This document shows positions 27,457 through 36,420 of a stretch of DNA of 64,000 nt, one piece after another. The stretch spans positions 1 to 64,000 of IMG/VR virus record IMGVR_UViG_3300021431_000086, one strand, 5' to 3'. Both the position numbers and the translations under genes were made by a program. Positions within the stretch are counted from its first letter, which is position 1; each line of letters starts with the position of its first letter. Source of the DNA: a virus (Duplodnaviria; Caudoviricetes). The notes under the pieces were generated by a model. The model worked only from the letters and a program-made list of their open reading frames with translations. It did not search any database and was not told the origin of the DNA.

Positions 27457-28248
27457 TCACACTCCCATCACCCTCCTTGCGGCGGCGATGTCGGGGCGCT
27501 CGCTTTCCATGAATTTCTTGTACTGCTTGCAGTGGCCGCACGGACGGAAAGCTCGCATCCGCTGCCAGATGTCGGCGAAGTTGTCGGTGTTCACGTTGCC
27601 CACCGATGGGCATAGACGGCTCTCGGACATGTGGACGTTGCCCTCGCAATCGACCGACGGCTTGCAGAACTTGCGGTGCAGCATCATCGTAATGCCGAAC
27701 ATCTGCGGCTCGGCTATCTGGATGGCCGTCAGCGTGGAGACCAGGCACGACATGAAGTGCGGGTTGCGCTCCACCTCGCGCTGTGCTTCGGGGTTGGTTC
27801 GCGCCCGTCCGAGGTCCTGCATGAAGATAGTGTCGTCGATGTCCACGATAACCTTGCGGTACTGCTCGTATTCGTGGCGGTGGCTCACCACGTAGTCGTA
27901 GTCCCGGTACCACTGTCGGTGCGTATAGACCTGCATACCGAGGTAGTGGTGCAGCCGAGTAATCCAGTCCATGCGCTGCCGTTTCGTCTCGTCCTTCAGC
28001 CACATGCCGTTTGACACGATGGTGAAGTTGCAGCTTGTAGCTATGTCGAGCCATTCGCACATTTCCACGATGTGCTCGTTCTCCGTCGGTTCGCCGCCCG
28101 ACAAGACGAAGTGTCCGTTGCCGATGTATGTGCCGAACCTCACGGCCTGCTTGAACGTGTCGAGCGTCATCATCAGACCTTCGGGCTGTGCGTCCTCCAT
28201 GCAGTGCGGACACATCATTGTGCATTTGCTTGTGAGTTTTATGAGCAT
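27457..28248 (-). CDS. Radical SAM / SPASM-domain protein
   Basis: LTSKCTMMCPHC, LSGGEPT, SNG, and a C-terminal C...GNV...C...VGNV...IW...CGHC. Confidence 0.9.
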   Translation of the reverse strand: MLIKLTSKCTMMCPHCMEDAQPEGLMMTLDTFKQAVRFGTYIGNGHFVLSGGEPTENEHIVEMCEWLDIATSCNFTIVSNGMWLKDETKRQRMDWITRLHHYLGMQVYTHRQWYRDYDYVVSHRHEYEQYRKVIVDIDDTIFMQDLGRARTNPEAQREVERNPHFMSCLVSTLTAIQIAEPQMFGITMMLHRKFCKPSVDCEGNVHMSESRLCPSVGNVNTDNFADIWQRMRAFRPCGHCKQYKKFMESERPDIAAARRVMGV

Positions 28249-28275
28249 AGTTCTTTTTCGTTTTAATTCGTTGTT

Positions 28276-28986
28276 TTATTTCACCAGTTCAAACTCATAG
28301 ACGAACACCCACGGGTTCCGCTCCCATGTGCCCTTTCCGCTTATCTTGTTGATGAGTACGGCGAAGGCCACTTGTGCCGTCTCTGCCATATATTCGCCTG
28401 GCTCACTGCCTTCCCAGGGGTTTTCGATACCATCTCTGAATTTCTCCAGTGTCCAAACGCGGTGATCTGTGTATTTCTGTGGCGAGAAGTCGGTCAACGC
28501 CTGTTTGTGCCATTGCCGGAAAACGGCAGGAACAATCCCCTCCCTTGCACAGTCCTCGTCGCTGATGTTCTGCAACCGTTCCACGCGGATGCCGGTGATG
28601 CGGATGCGATGGGGCATGAGGTCGGCGCGGACAAACATCTTGTTCGTCCAGCCGGGAGCGTAACGGAACTGCTTGACGTAGTAGTTGCCGTAATCGTTTT
28701 CTGGGTCTTGCTCCACAATAGATCCGTACGACTGCGCCACTGCCACCTCTTCGCCAATCGCATAGTGAGAGATAAGTTGAGCGATCCAATTTCCCTTGTT
28801 ATCAAAGCCCTCCCACACTTGTCTCCCCTTTGTGTCTGTCACCCTGCGCTTGCAGAACTTCTCTATTTGTTCTTCCGTACTGCCTGGATAGAAGTCTATA
28901 CGCTCCACCCTCCGCGTCATCGTCTTCCTCTTTTCCAGCACCGCATTCGTCAGTCCGTAGCGGTCTTTGAACATTATCTTCTTCAT
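28276..28986 (-). CDS. ASCH/PUA-like phage protein
   Basis: KTMTRR, IRITGIRVERLQNISDEDCAREG and WERNPWVFVYEF. Confidence 0.75.
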   Translation of the reverse strand: MKKIMFKDRYGLTNAVLEKRKTMTRRVERIDFYPGSTEEQIEKFCKRRVTDTKGRQVWEGFDNKGNWIAQLISHYAIGEEVAVAQSYGSIVEQDPENDYGNYYVKQFRYAPGWTNKMFVRADLMPHRIRITGIRVERLQNISDEDCAREGIVPAVFRQWHKQALTDFSPQKYTDHRVWTLEKFRDGIENPWEGSEPGEYMAETAQVAFAVLINKISGKGTWERNPWVFVYEFELVK

Positions 28987-29000
28987 AATGCTTGTAGGTT

Positions 29001-29444
29001 TTATCTGTTCCACAACCTGCTCCACCATCCGCGCTGTTTCAGACGGTCCACTGCTTGCGCCAGTTCTATTTTCATGAACTGACATTGTTCGAGTGCCTTA
29101 TTGAGACTCTTGTTCTCACTTTCCAATGCCTCGCACTTCTCCTTGCACTCCTTTTCGAGAGCACGGAGTTTCTCGTCCAGTTCATCGGTGATGTCCTCCA
29201 TGTTCACCATTTTGTCCTCGATGATTTCCTGCATACCGCAGGCACGGGGATTGAAGGTCAGTTCTGTCGTCCTGATGATCTGCCGACGCACCCGCACCTT
29301 GTTCTCGTCGCAAACATGGTCGAGCATCTCCGTCAGCCGTTTGTTTTCCTCCTCCAGTTCCCGGATGCGGTCTCGCATCTTGTCGTACTCATTCAGCGGA
29401 AGCCTTGCCTCGCCGAGGTTGGGGATGTTAATGATTTCTGCCAT
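29001..29444 (-). CDS. Coiled-coil hypothetical protein
   Basis: Heptad pattern, ending RGWWSRLWNR. Confidence 0.7.
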   Translation of the reverse strand: MAEIINIPNLGEARLPLNEYDKMRDRIRELEEENKRLTEMLDHVCDENKVRVRRQIIRTTELTFNPRACGMQEIIEDKMVNMEDITDELDEKLRALEKECKEKCEALESENKSLNKALEQCQFMKIELAQAVDRLKQRGWWSRLWNR

Positions 29445-29447
29445 AGT

Positions 29448-30332
29448 TTATTCGTTCAATTCGTGAGTAATTCGTGTTTGCAATTCAATCCGCTTCCCAT
29501 CCATATCCACGGTGTGCGAGAGGAAGGCTTCGTAGGCACCAGGCTGGAAGTATTGTTGCAGCAGTCGGCGGGTGCTCTCCTTCAGGTAGATGGTCTTGCC
29601 GAAGCATTCCACCAGCCGCACAATGCGCTCGATGGCAGCACCGCTCTCAGCGATGTCGTAGTAGTCCTTCTTCGCACCGCTGCGCAGTCCGAGCTTGTAG
29701 TGGTCGCACCACGGGAGCGTCTGGCGTACCAACCTCCAGGCTGCCTCCCATGTGATGACAGGCTCGATGCTGGCGAAGGTGGAGAAACCCATAAGGTTCA
29801 TCCGTCGCATCGCCATGATTCGGTTGTCGTTGGTGCTCGCACGCGGTTCCATCTCGTCGTGACCTGTGAGCGTGAAACCGAAGTGGATGCTTGGCCGTTT
29901 GTCCCGATAGATATTATTAAGAGCTGTCATTATGGGCACGTCGTGGATAAAAGTGGCATCCTTCGTTAGCACCCATACGGGAATAATTCGGGGTATGGCA
30001 TCATAAATTGCCGAGACAGTCAGGCGACGTGTTTCTTCTATCATCGGATCTGTGGTAAATGATAAAAAGATTCCATGCTTGCGGCAAGCCTCCAGATGCT
30101 TGTCCATTTCGTTCAGCAGAATTTCGGCGGCATGTTGTTCGTTCTTGAAGCACGCCTTTAGCCGCACCTTATTCCCGCCCAGCTGCTTCGATGGCGCACC
30201 TCGCTTCAAGTAACAATAGGTGCATTCATGGGGACAACCCGTGTAGAAGTTGCAGCCTATGCGTCCGTACTCCCGTGCCGCCCCCTTCGTGGTGTAGAGG
30301 GCCTTGCCTTTGATGATGATGTCTGGTGTCAT
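29448..30332 (-). CDS. Radical SAM protein (SplB-related phage clade)
   Basis: AREYG, NFYTGCPHECTYCY, FLSFTTDP, VLTK and ASIEP. Confidence 0.85.
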   Translation of the reverse strand: MTPDIIIKGKALYTTKGAAREYGRIGCNFYTGCPHECTYCYLKRGAPSKQLGGNKVRLKACFKNEQHAAEILLNEMDKHLEACRKHGIFLSFTTDPMIEETRRLTVSAIYDAIPRIIPVWVLTKDATFIHDVPIMTALNNIYRDKRPSIHFGFTLTGHDEMEPRASTNDNRIMAMRRMNLMGFSTFASIEPVITWEAAWRLVRQTLPWCDHYKLGLRSGAKKDYYDIAESGAAIERIVRLVECFGKTIYLKESTRRLLQQYFQPGAYEAFLSHTVDMDGKRIELQTRITHELNE

Positions 30333-30355
30333 AGGTCTTATTCGTGAGTTTTGTT

Positions 30356-30829
30356 TTATAATTGATGCAATTCGGAAAAGCTCTTCCAGCCTGCTTCTGT
30401 AAACTCTCGCGTATAGACTTCGCCACGGGGTTTCAGTGGTTTCCACGCAGGGTCGCAGAACAGGCGGTAGTGGAACACGCCACACTGTCGGCCAACATCC
30501 GAATATGGTCCCTCGCACCATAGCCACCGTCGGTCGTCGCCAAAGAGTTGCTTGATGACAAACTCCAGACGTGAGCGTTTCATGCCACCGGGGAAGGATA
30601 TGGAGAGGTGATAGCACCGTTCGTAGTCTGGGTTCTTCCACCATCCTGACGTGTGGTAGCCAACGTCGCGAGTGAAGATGACGATGCACTCAAATCGTTC
30701 GAGCCACCAACGGCACTGCTCCAGGTAAGGGTCGTCGGGGTTGAGCCCGTCGAACGTGCCATGCTGTGCCGTCTTCCAGATGCGCGGAAACGTCTCGCCG
30801 TTTGTGGCATTCATGGGAATTGTCTTCAT
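30356..30829 (-). CDS. Hypothetical phage protein
   Basis: GYHTSGWWKNPDYERCYHLSISF motif. Confidence 0.75.
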   Translation of the reverse strand: MKTIPMNATNGETFPRIWKTAQHGTFDGLNPDDPYLEQCRWWLERFECIVIFTRDVGYHTSGWWKNPDYERCYHLSISFPGGMKRSRLEFVIKQLFGDDRRWLWCEGPYSDVGRQCGVFHYRLFCDPAWKPLKPRGEVYTREFTEAGWKSFSELHQL

Positions 30830-30834
30830 AAGGC

Positions 30835-31641
30835 TTAGTCTTTTCGTTCCACAAAGTGTCGGTCGAGCAGGATAAAGAGGTCGGGGTTCGGTGTGCCGTC
30901 GGGCAGGAGGGCCTCACTCTTCGGGATAAGCACGGCACCGAAGTCGCCCATGACTATCTTTCCGCTTGCCACGTCGTAGTACGGGTACTTCTTGGTGTAG
31001 GGGTACTGTCGGTCGGGCAGGTATATTTCCTGATTGAGGTAGCAGAACTTGCCTTGCTCCCTGCCGCGTGTGACGGTGCCGAACACCTCATTAGCCTTTG
31101 CAGTTGCCTCCCTGCGATTTGTAGCCATGAACCATGCGACAAGCCAGTCGCCGTAACGCCGTATGTACCCAATCAAGTGCTCATCGCCCCATAGCGGAGA
31201 CAGTTCCAGTTCCATCGTTGCAGGACATAGAGAAGCCTTCCACACCTTTTCGCGCTCCTCGAAATGCGGATTGAGGTCGAAGGGCTCTATCAGCAATTCC
31301 ACATCGCCTTCCGCATCCTTGTACCGCTCGGCAGCGGCTTCGGCGGTGAAGATAGCCTTCGGTTCCTTGTCATACTCGTCGCCCTGCATCACGACATACA
31401 CCTGCGGCGGTGCATATTCGTCGCGGTCATCGTTGGTGATGGTGAGGTAGAGTTGCCACAGTTCTTCTTCGCTGACATCATTCCAGTGGTCACTCTCCTT
31501 ATCCGTCCATTCCCAATGGTCGTTCATGCCGCCGACATACATGCCCAGGCCATGTTGCTGCAGCATACCGACGTGTTCCATGCCCGGCTCGCATCCGCGA
31601 ATCAGGCGCACCAAGTCCGTGCGTGTCAAGTCTTGTATCAT
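30835..31641 (-). CDS. Hypothetical protein (probably multi-module)
   Basis: ORF with the junction motif. Confidence 0.7.
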   Translation of the reverse strand: MIQDLTRTDLVRLIRGCEPGMEHVGMLQQHGLGMYVGGMNDHWEWTDKESDHWNDVSEEELWQLYLTITNDDRDEYAPPQVYVVMQGDEYDKEPKAIFTAEAAAERYKDAEGDVELLIEPFDLNPHFEEREKVWKASLCPATMELELSPLWGDEHLIGYIRRYGDWLVAWFMATNRREATAKANEVFGTVTRGREQGKFCYLNQEIYLPDRQYPYTKKYPYYDVASGKIVMGDFGAVLIPKSEALLPDGTPNPDLFILLDRHFVERKD

Positions 31642-31645
31642 AGGG

Positions 31646-32086
31646 TTATTCCTCCTTTCCGTTCTGTATCAGTGCGAGGTCTCGGGCCAGCAAGGTGATG
31701 GCATCAATGGTATCGAATTGATGCGACGGATGACTACGGAACAGTTTGATGGCTTTCTCCAGTCCCTCTGCTGCCACGAGGCGATTTTTAATGCGAAAGA
31801 CGTAGCCGAGGAAGTAGCTCTCCTTGGCACACTCCGGCTGTACTTCTTCTGGTGGCATAGTCGGTCTTTCTTCCAGTTCCAATGAGTCTTCATCACAGAT
31901 TAAGCAGATGTCGTCAGCGCCTGTGTTGACTACATAGCAACAACAATAGCCATTCCAGTAGCAGAACACGACGGTCAGATGTTCCCTATATTCCTTTCTG
32001 CCATTCTCGATTAGTGCCGTAAGTGTTCCGTCACTTTCTTTCAGGCGCACCAGATCGCCTGCCATAAACTTAAATACTCTTGCCAT
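31646..32086 (-). CDS. Hypothetical protein
   Basis: FKFMAGDLVRL SH3-like start. Confidence 0.65.
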   Translation of the reverse strand: MARVFKFMAGDLVRLKESDGTLTALIENGRKEYREHLTVVFCYWNGYCCCYVVNTGADDICLICDEDSLELEERPTMPPEEVQPECAKESYFLGYVFRIKNRLVAAEGLEKAIKLFRSHPSHQFDTIDAITLLARDLALIQNGKEE

Positions 32087-32093
32087 AATTATT

Positions 32094-32543
32094 TTATTTT
32101 TCGATTAATTGTTCCGGATTTTCGTGGATGTTTCCAATAACACGAACCAGCCCTGTGCTTGACCACTCGTTCAGGCAAGTCATGTGTGTATAGTCATTAA
32201 AGTAGGGGTGAACGCCTTTTAGTAGATAACTGTAATCTTGACAAGTGGCTACATTGAAAGATTCCTCATAGAACACCACGAGTCTTATACCCAACTCAGG
32301 TGAGCCATCGATACCAATAATATCTCCCTCGTACACCTCATCTCCCCATCCCGTTGTCAACCCAGTGTACTGCCCCAGCGTTTCGGGATCAATCTCATAG
32401 TCTTCCCACGACCTTCCCGTGGCGAGCTCGTCGGGACAAACGAAATGGGCGCCACGGTTCTGCAGGTAGAAGCCGTAGATCCACTGGTTGTTTTTGCGGT
32501 TGAATCCGCGAAATTTGATTGTTCTCTTGATGATGTCTGGCAT
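32094..32543 (-). CDS. YopX-family protein (second copy)
   Basis: IKFRG, WIYG, TLGQYTGL, VYEGDI and VIGNIHENP. Confidence 0.9.
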   Translation of the reverse strand: MPDIIKRTIKFRGFNRKNNQWIYGFYLQNRGAHFVCPDELATGRSWEDYEIDPETLGQYTGLTTGWGDEVYEGDIIGIDGSPELGIRLVVFYEESFNVATCQDYSYLLKGVHPYFNDYTHMTCLNEWSSTGLVRVIGNIHENPEQLIEK

Positions 32544-32547
32544 AATG

Positions 32548-32805
32548 TTATTTCTCCTTTTGTTTTAGTAATTCCATTTCTAATTCGTTGGCACTTTCCG
32601 CCACGCATAGATAACTTTTGCCACCTGTCATTTTCAGAACTCTATAAGGATAATCCTCATGTCCTTCACAGAATCCCCAATCGGTTATTGGACCAAGTGA
32701 AGTTATCTGTTCAGTATTGATGAGAATTTCCGGCTTCTTGCTTTTCCTTATATCGTCGAAGCAGCATTCTTCCCGCCCGCTATAAATTTGCACTTTTGTA
32801 AACAT
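32548..32805 (-). CDS. Hypothetical protein
   Basis: ORF in the array. Confidence 0.65.
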   Translation of the reverse strand: MFTKVQIYSGREECCFDDIRKSKKPEILINTEQITSLGPITDWGFCEGHEDYPYRVLKMTGGKSYLCVAESANELEMELLKQKEK

Positions 32806-32816
32806 AGGGTTGTATT

Positions 32817-33257
32817 TTATGGTTTAACATACTTTATCGGCATCACGTTCCCGCCTGTGTACTCATAGAAGAAATGCTGTAATTCGCTGATGGCATCGTG
32901 TGGGAAGAACGCAGTTTCTCCATAGCCGCGAGTAACGACTCTGTAACTCCTTTCGTCTTCTTCTCCATTCCATGACAGGGCGAATGGGCTTCCCTCTTCA
33001 TAGGTAAGCGTATCGGTGCTGAACTCCCACGCATTTTCGTAGTCCCAATCATCCCATTCTTCCTTCTTCTCAAACCCGAAAGCCCGCAGCGTCTCAGGCG
33101 TAATCTTGATATACTCCAGTTGGTCGAGACGTACCCACGTCAGTCTGTCGTGACGCTCGTGATAGCCCACCTTCTTCTGATGCACAGCTGCCACCTGTAT
33201 CACCTTCCCGTCAGCCAGCAGGTAGTCGCCAATCATTATGTCTTGTGGTTTCAGCAT
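32817..33257 (-). CDS. Hypothetical phage protein (IMIGD...ITPETL..FGF...ELQH family)
   Basis: Paralogous to 33595-34050. Confidence 0.7.
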   Translation of the reverse strand: MLKPQDIMIGDYLLADGKVIQVAAVHQKKVGYHERHDRLTWVRLDQLEYIKITPETLRAFGFEKKEEWDDWDYENAWEFSTDTLTYEEGSPFALSWNGEEDERSYRVVTRGYGETAFFPHDAISELQHFFYEYTGGNVMPIKYVKP

Positions 33258-33271
33258 AGTCAGTTCTCCCG

Positions 33272-33580
33272 TTATAATTCGTAGATGATAAATTGATGAT
33301 ATTCCTCCATCGCCTTTCGTAGATGCGAAGCGTCGGTAGTCAGGAGCTGTGCTGCCGTGTACATCGCATCTGCCAACCTCTTCAGTTTTTGCAGTTTTGG
33401 TTCTGTTTCCTTCATCTGGAACGCAGCACCCACTTCCATGTATTCCTTCACAGCCTCCTTGGGGATGGGGTGGTCGCGGTCGTCATTGTGATGGGTGTAA
33501 TAGCCAAAGCCGCAAATACGTGTAGCCAAATCGTCAAGCGACTTTGCTTTCTGTAATGAGTACTTATTTGCATTGTTCAT
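33272..33580 (-). CDS. Hypothetical protein
   Basis: ORF in the array. Confidence 0.65.
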   Translation of the reverse strand: MNNANKYSLQKAKSLDDLATRICGFGYYTHHNDDRDHPIPKEAVKEYMEVGAAFQMKETEPKLQKLKRLADAMYTAAQLLTTDASHLRKAMEEYHQFIIYEL

Positions 33581-33594
33581 GGGGCGGTTCTCCT

Positions 33595-34050
33595 TTAATT
33601 TAACAGTTCTAACTCTTTATCAACTTTTAGCACTCTTAGTATATGCTGCAACTCGTGAACATACTCAATATGCGTTTCTATACTGGTAAACTGAAGTCTA
33701 TTGCGAGGGTCGAAATTGAACGCCCTCAATTTTTTCCAATATGTATTGTATTGGATTTCCACCTCACACTTCCTGGCATCAGTGAATTTCATCGTGGCAG
33801 TATATTCGTCATCCGTATAGGTGTCGTCGTATTTCGGCACTTCCTCAACCGTGAAGCAGCCCAATCTTGCAAGAATCTCCGGCGTGAGGGGGATAGGCTC
33901 TGCATTCGTAATATTACACCAATGCGAACCCTTCTCCGAATCGCCATACACGATTCCGTCCTTGAAGCCAGTCACGCGCACAACAATCTTGCTTCCGTCG
34001 AAGCAGTTGAAATACGCAAGGAATCCAGTCATCAATTCGTTTGCTTTCAT
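33595..34050 (-). CDS. Hypothetical phage protein (MKANEL...PIPLTPEIL...YVHELQH family)
   Basis: Motif family common in Bacteroidetes phages. Confidence 0.75.
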   Translation of the reverse strand: MKANELMTGFLAYFNCFDGSKIVVRVTGFKDGIVYGDSEKGSHWCNITNAEPIPLTPEILARLGCFTVEEVPKYDDTYTDDEYTATMKFTDARKCEVEIQYNTYWKKLRAFNFDPRNRLQFTSIETHIEYVHELQHILRVLKVDKELELLN

Positions 34051-34053
34051 TGC

Positions 34054-34341
34054 TCAGTCCTCCTCCTCGTTCAATTCCCACATTCCGCCGGGCAGCTGAT
34101 GCCACTCCGCCTTGCTCTCAGGGAACAGTTCCCAGCAGATGTCGAAGGCAGCTGGTGTGCGGTGCTCCTCGGTGCCGTCGAATGCGCCGTCGCGGAACAC
34201 TCCCTTGATGGTCCGCGCCCCTTTGTCCTCGTCGGCGGCGGCATAGGCAAAGCCGACGTCGGGGAACAGGCGCGACAGGGCTTCCACCATAGTTGAGAAC
34301 CGGCACAGCAGTCCGTTAGGCTGTCTTGCAATATAACTCAT
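34054..34341 (-). CDS. Apparent chimeric hypothetical protein
   Basis: IARQPNGLLCRFST N-terminus joined to a YubB-like ALSRLFPDV...ADED segment. Confidence 0.6.
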   Translation of the reverse strand: MSYIARQPNGLLCRFSTMVEALSRLFPDVGFAYAAADEDKGARTIKGVFRDGAFDGTEEHRTPAAFDICWELFPESKAEWHQLPGGMWELNEEED

Positions 34342-34344
34342 AGG

Positions 34345-34500
34345 TCATTCCTCCTTTCGCAGTTCATTTCTTAATTCTTCAATAATCTTCTCTACAGCAT
34401 TATACTGGTCGAACATGTGGACTGGAGGTCTCTTTAGATTATCCGCTGCTTCTTGAAGGCAGCAGATAGCCTCCTGAATCATAAATGTGCGTAATGCCAT
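34345..34500 (-). CDS. Small hypothetical protein, not in the ORF track
   Basis: MALRTFMIQEAICC...LRKEE*. Confidence 0.55.
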   Translation of the reverse strand: MALRTFMIQEAICCLQEAADNLKRPPVHMFDQYNAVEKIIEELRNELRKEE

Positions 34501-34503
34501 AGT

Positions 34504-34701
34504 TCACAATCCTTTTGTTATTGTCACACTTAACGCCTCACCATTTCCGAGGCGGTCCAGTTCATTCACCAGCATGGCGATGAACGTACCGAGAGCCTGT
34601 CCCTTGTTATCAGCCAATCTGTTAGCCGTCGTGCGGTCGTGGCGATGCAGTTCCACGCAGTTGTCGAAGTTGTCGAAATAGAATGTCTCAGTTCTTGCCA
34701 T
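34504..34701 (-). CDS. Hypothetical protein
   Basis: Start MARTE follows AGGAGGAATAA. Confidence 0.6.
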   Translation of the reverse strand: MARTETFYFDNFDNCVELHRHDRTTANRLADNKGQALGTFIAMLVNELDRLGNGEALSVTITKGL

Positions 34702-34703
34702 AG

Positions 34704-34829
34704 TTATTCCTCCTTGCTCTTTTTCGATTTCCCTATCCATATCAATGGAACATTGAATATTACGGCGAGGTAAAACAAGCCACCAATCCAGTGCCAAAAA
34801 TTTCCGAAAAAAAATTCACAATACTCCAT
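34704..34829 (-). CDS. 41-aa membrane peptide, not in the ORF track
   Basis: MEYCEFFFGNFWHWIGGLFYLAVIFNVPLIWIGKSKKSKEE*. Confidence 0.6.
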   Translation of the reverse strand: MEYCEFFFGNFWHWIGGLFYLAVIFNVPLIWIGKSKKSKEE

Positions 34830-34832
34830 ACA

Positions 34833-35039
34833 CTATTCCTCCAACTTTTTGATTTTATCAATAACTCTTGCCACCTCCAGCCAACTATGGTTGTACGCCA
34901 GTTGCTTATATCGGACGGCTTCGCGCTCAATCTCAAACTTATGTTCGTTCATAAATGCTATCTGCCTAATGCAGTCATTTTCATATTCCTGCAACGTCTT
35001 GACAAGGTTGTACAGGATGGTTTCTTCATTCTTGGTCAT
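34833..35039 (-). CDS. Hypothetical protein
   Basis: Start MTKNEE follows AGGAGG. Confidence 0.6.
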   Translation of the reverse strand: MTKNEETILYNLVKTLQEYENDCIRQIAFMNEHKFEIEREAVRYKQLAYNHSWLEVARVIDKIKKLEE

Positions 35040-35373
35040 GCGTTTCCTCCTTCTGTTTTCCGACATATCTCACAATCGGGTTAATCCAATCGCCCTCATA
35101 CAACCAATCGCGGTTCCATGAATCGTTATCGAACCCGATAACCTCATACAAGTATCTTCGCCCTTTGTCGTTGTATATAACAGTGCCACCAATGCCGGGG
35201 CAGTTGATATAACGACCATCCGCATCAAAGATTTCAATGAAGGATTTTTCGGCAAGGGTGTCTTTTGGCAGCATGGCCCGGTAATTGTACCACATGCGCT
35301 TCTGATACGGAACGCCCTCGCATTTTGCCTCGCGCTTCCTTTTCAGCGACTTAAAGAAATTGATGATGTTCAT
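35026..35373 (-). CDS. Hypothetical protein
   Basis: Start MNIINF follows AGGAGGAATAA. Confidence 0.65.
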   Translation of the reverse strand: MNIINFFKSLKRKREAKCEGVPYQKRMWYNYRAMLPKDTLAEKSFIEIFDADGRYINCPGIGGTVIYNDKGRRYLYEVIGFDNDSWNRDWLYEGDWINPIVRYVGKQKEETHDQE

Positions 35374-35375
35374 AG

Positions 35376-35624
35376 TTATTCCTCCTTTTCTTTTATTCGT
35401 TTTGCCATCCTCCTCGCGTGTTCCCATTCGTCGTTTTCCTTCATGGCTTCCACAAGTTGATAGGTGTTGATACTTTGTGCGGGTGAGTACCGCTTGGACT
35501 TCTCCTGCCACACGTTGCACTTCGACTTGTCGTTCCAGTCCACCACTTCCAGCGTGTAGAGCCAGTCGCCCGTGCGTACCGTCTTCGTCTTGCCCAACGG
35601 CAACATTCTTTCATTCAAAGGCAT
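35376..35624 (-). CDS. Hypothetical protein
   Basis: ORF with the junction motif. Confidence 0.65.
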   Translation of the reverse strand: MPLNERMLPLGKTKTVRTGDWLYTLEVVDWNDKSKCNVWQEKSKRYSPAQSINTYQLVEAMKENDEWEHARRMAKRIKEKEE

Positions 35625-35627
35625 TGG

Positions 35628-35951
35628 TCAGTCCTCCATGTGCTTCTTGAAGTCCTCAATTAGGTATTCCGCTCCAAGTGCATTTGTCGCATAATACCTG
35701 ATGTTGTTTAACAGCCAACTGCAAGCCTTCTCAATCCATTGCTGCTTTTCGGTCGGCTCATTGAAATCCACCAACTCCATTTTGTCTTGTGCGCAAGAGC
35801 CGATGGATGATACAACAGGCTCATCGGGGAAGTTGTTCTTCAGACATTTGACATCGTAGATGAGATTTTGTTTATTCATCTTGAGTCCTACAATCTGGTA
35901 GATGTTCCCATTGTACTTGACAATATCATCAATTTTGAATTTCTGTTTCAT
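35628..35951 (-). CDS. Hypothetical protein
   Basis: KFKIDDIV start; IEKACSWL...IEDFKKHMED end. Confidence 0.7.
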   Translation of the reverse strand: MKQKFKIDDIVKYNGNIYQIVGLKMNKQNLIYDVKCLKNNFPDEPVVSSIGSCAQDKMELVDFNEPTEKQQWIEKACSWLLNNIRYYATNALGAEYLIEDFKKHMED

Positions 35952-36135
35952 ATCTTTTTTGGTTATAGTCTTTCCCCCATGATTCTTTTCTCATTTTTAC
36001 GTTCCTCTTGAAATGTTTGAATCTCCTACAAGCCTTTTCCCACACACGGACGGCTTCTTGAAGCCTTCCTATGTTGTTGATGGGATAGCCGTGCCCCATG
36101 TACTTGCATATCTTTCTTGCAGTTCTTAGTCTCAT
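35929..36135 (-). CDS. Small basic hypothetical protein
   Basis: MRLRTARKI. Confidence 0.6.
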   Translation of the reverse strand: MRLRTARKICKYMGHGYPINNIGRLQEAVRVWEKACRRFKHFKRNVKMRKESWGKDYNQKRYETEIQN

Positions 36136-36138
36136 AAC

Positions 36139-36411
36139 TCAATATCTGCTTTCGTCACGTTCGCCATTTCCGAAGGGGTCGATGACAAACCTCTTCCGTG
36201 AGGCAACCGTCTTGCCGAACCCGTTGTTATCAACAAGGTTGCTCTGGTGAATGTAGAAGTTCGTGTTGTCGAATCCCATAAACCCGGAACCTCGGTTTAT
36301 CAGGCTGCCGTCAATATGCAAGTCCTGAAAGCGCACCACCTGCATGTCACCATGCTCGTGCAGGATTTGACCGATGCGACCATATAGTTCACTTAGCCAT
36401 AACATAAACAT
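36139..36411 (-). CDS. Hypothetical protein, first gene of the accessory operon
   Basis: Lies downstream of the structured leader. Confidence 0.6.
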   Translation of the reverse strand: MFMLWLSELYGRIGQILHEHGDMQVVRFQDLHIDGSLINRGSGFMGFDNTNFYIHQSNLVDNNGFGKTVASRKRFVIDPFGNGERDESRY

Positions 36412-36420
36412 ATATAAAAC

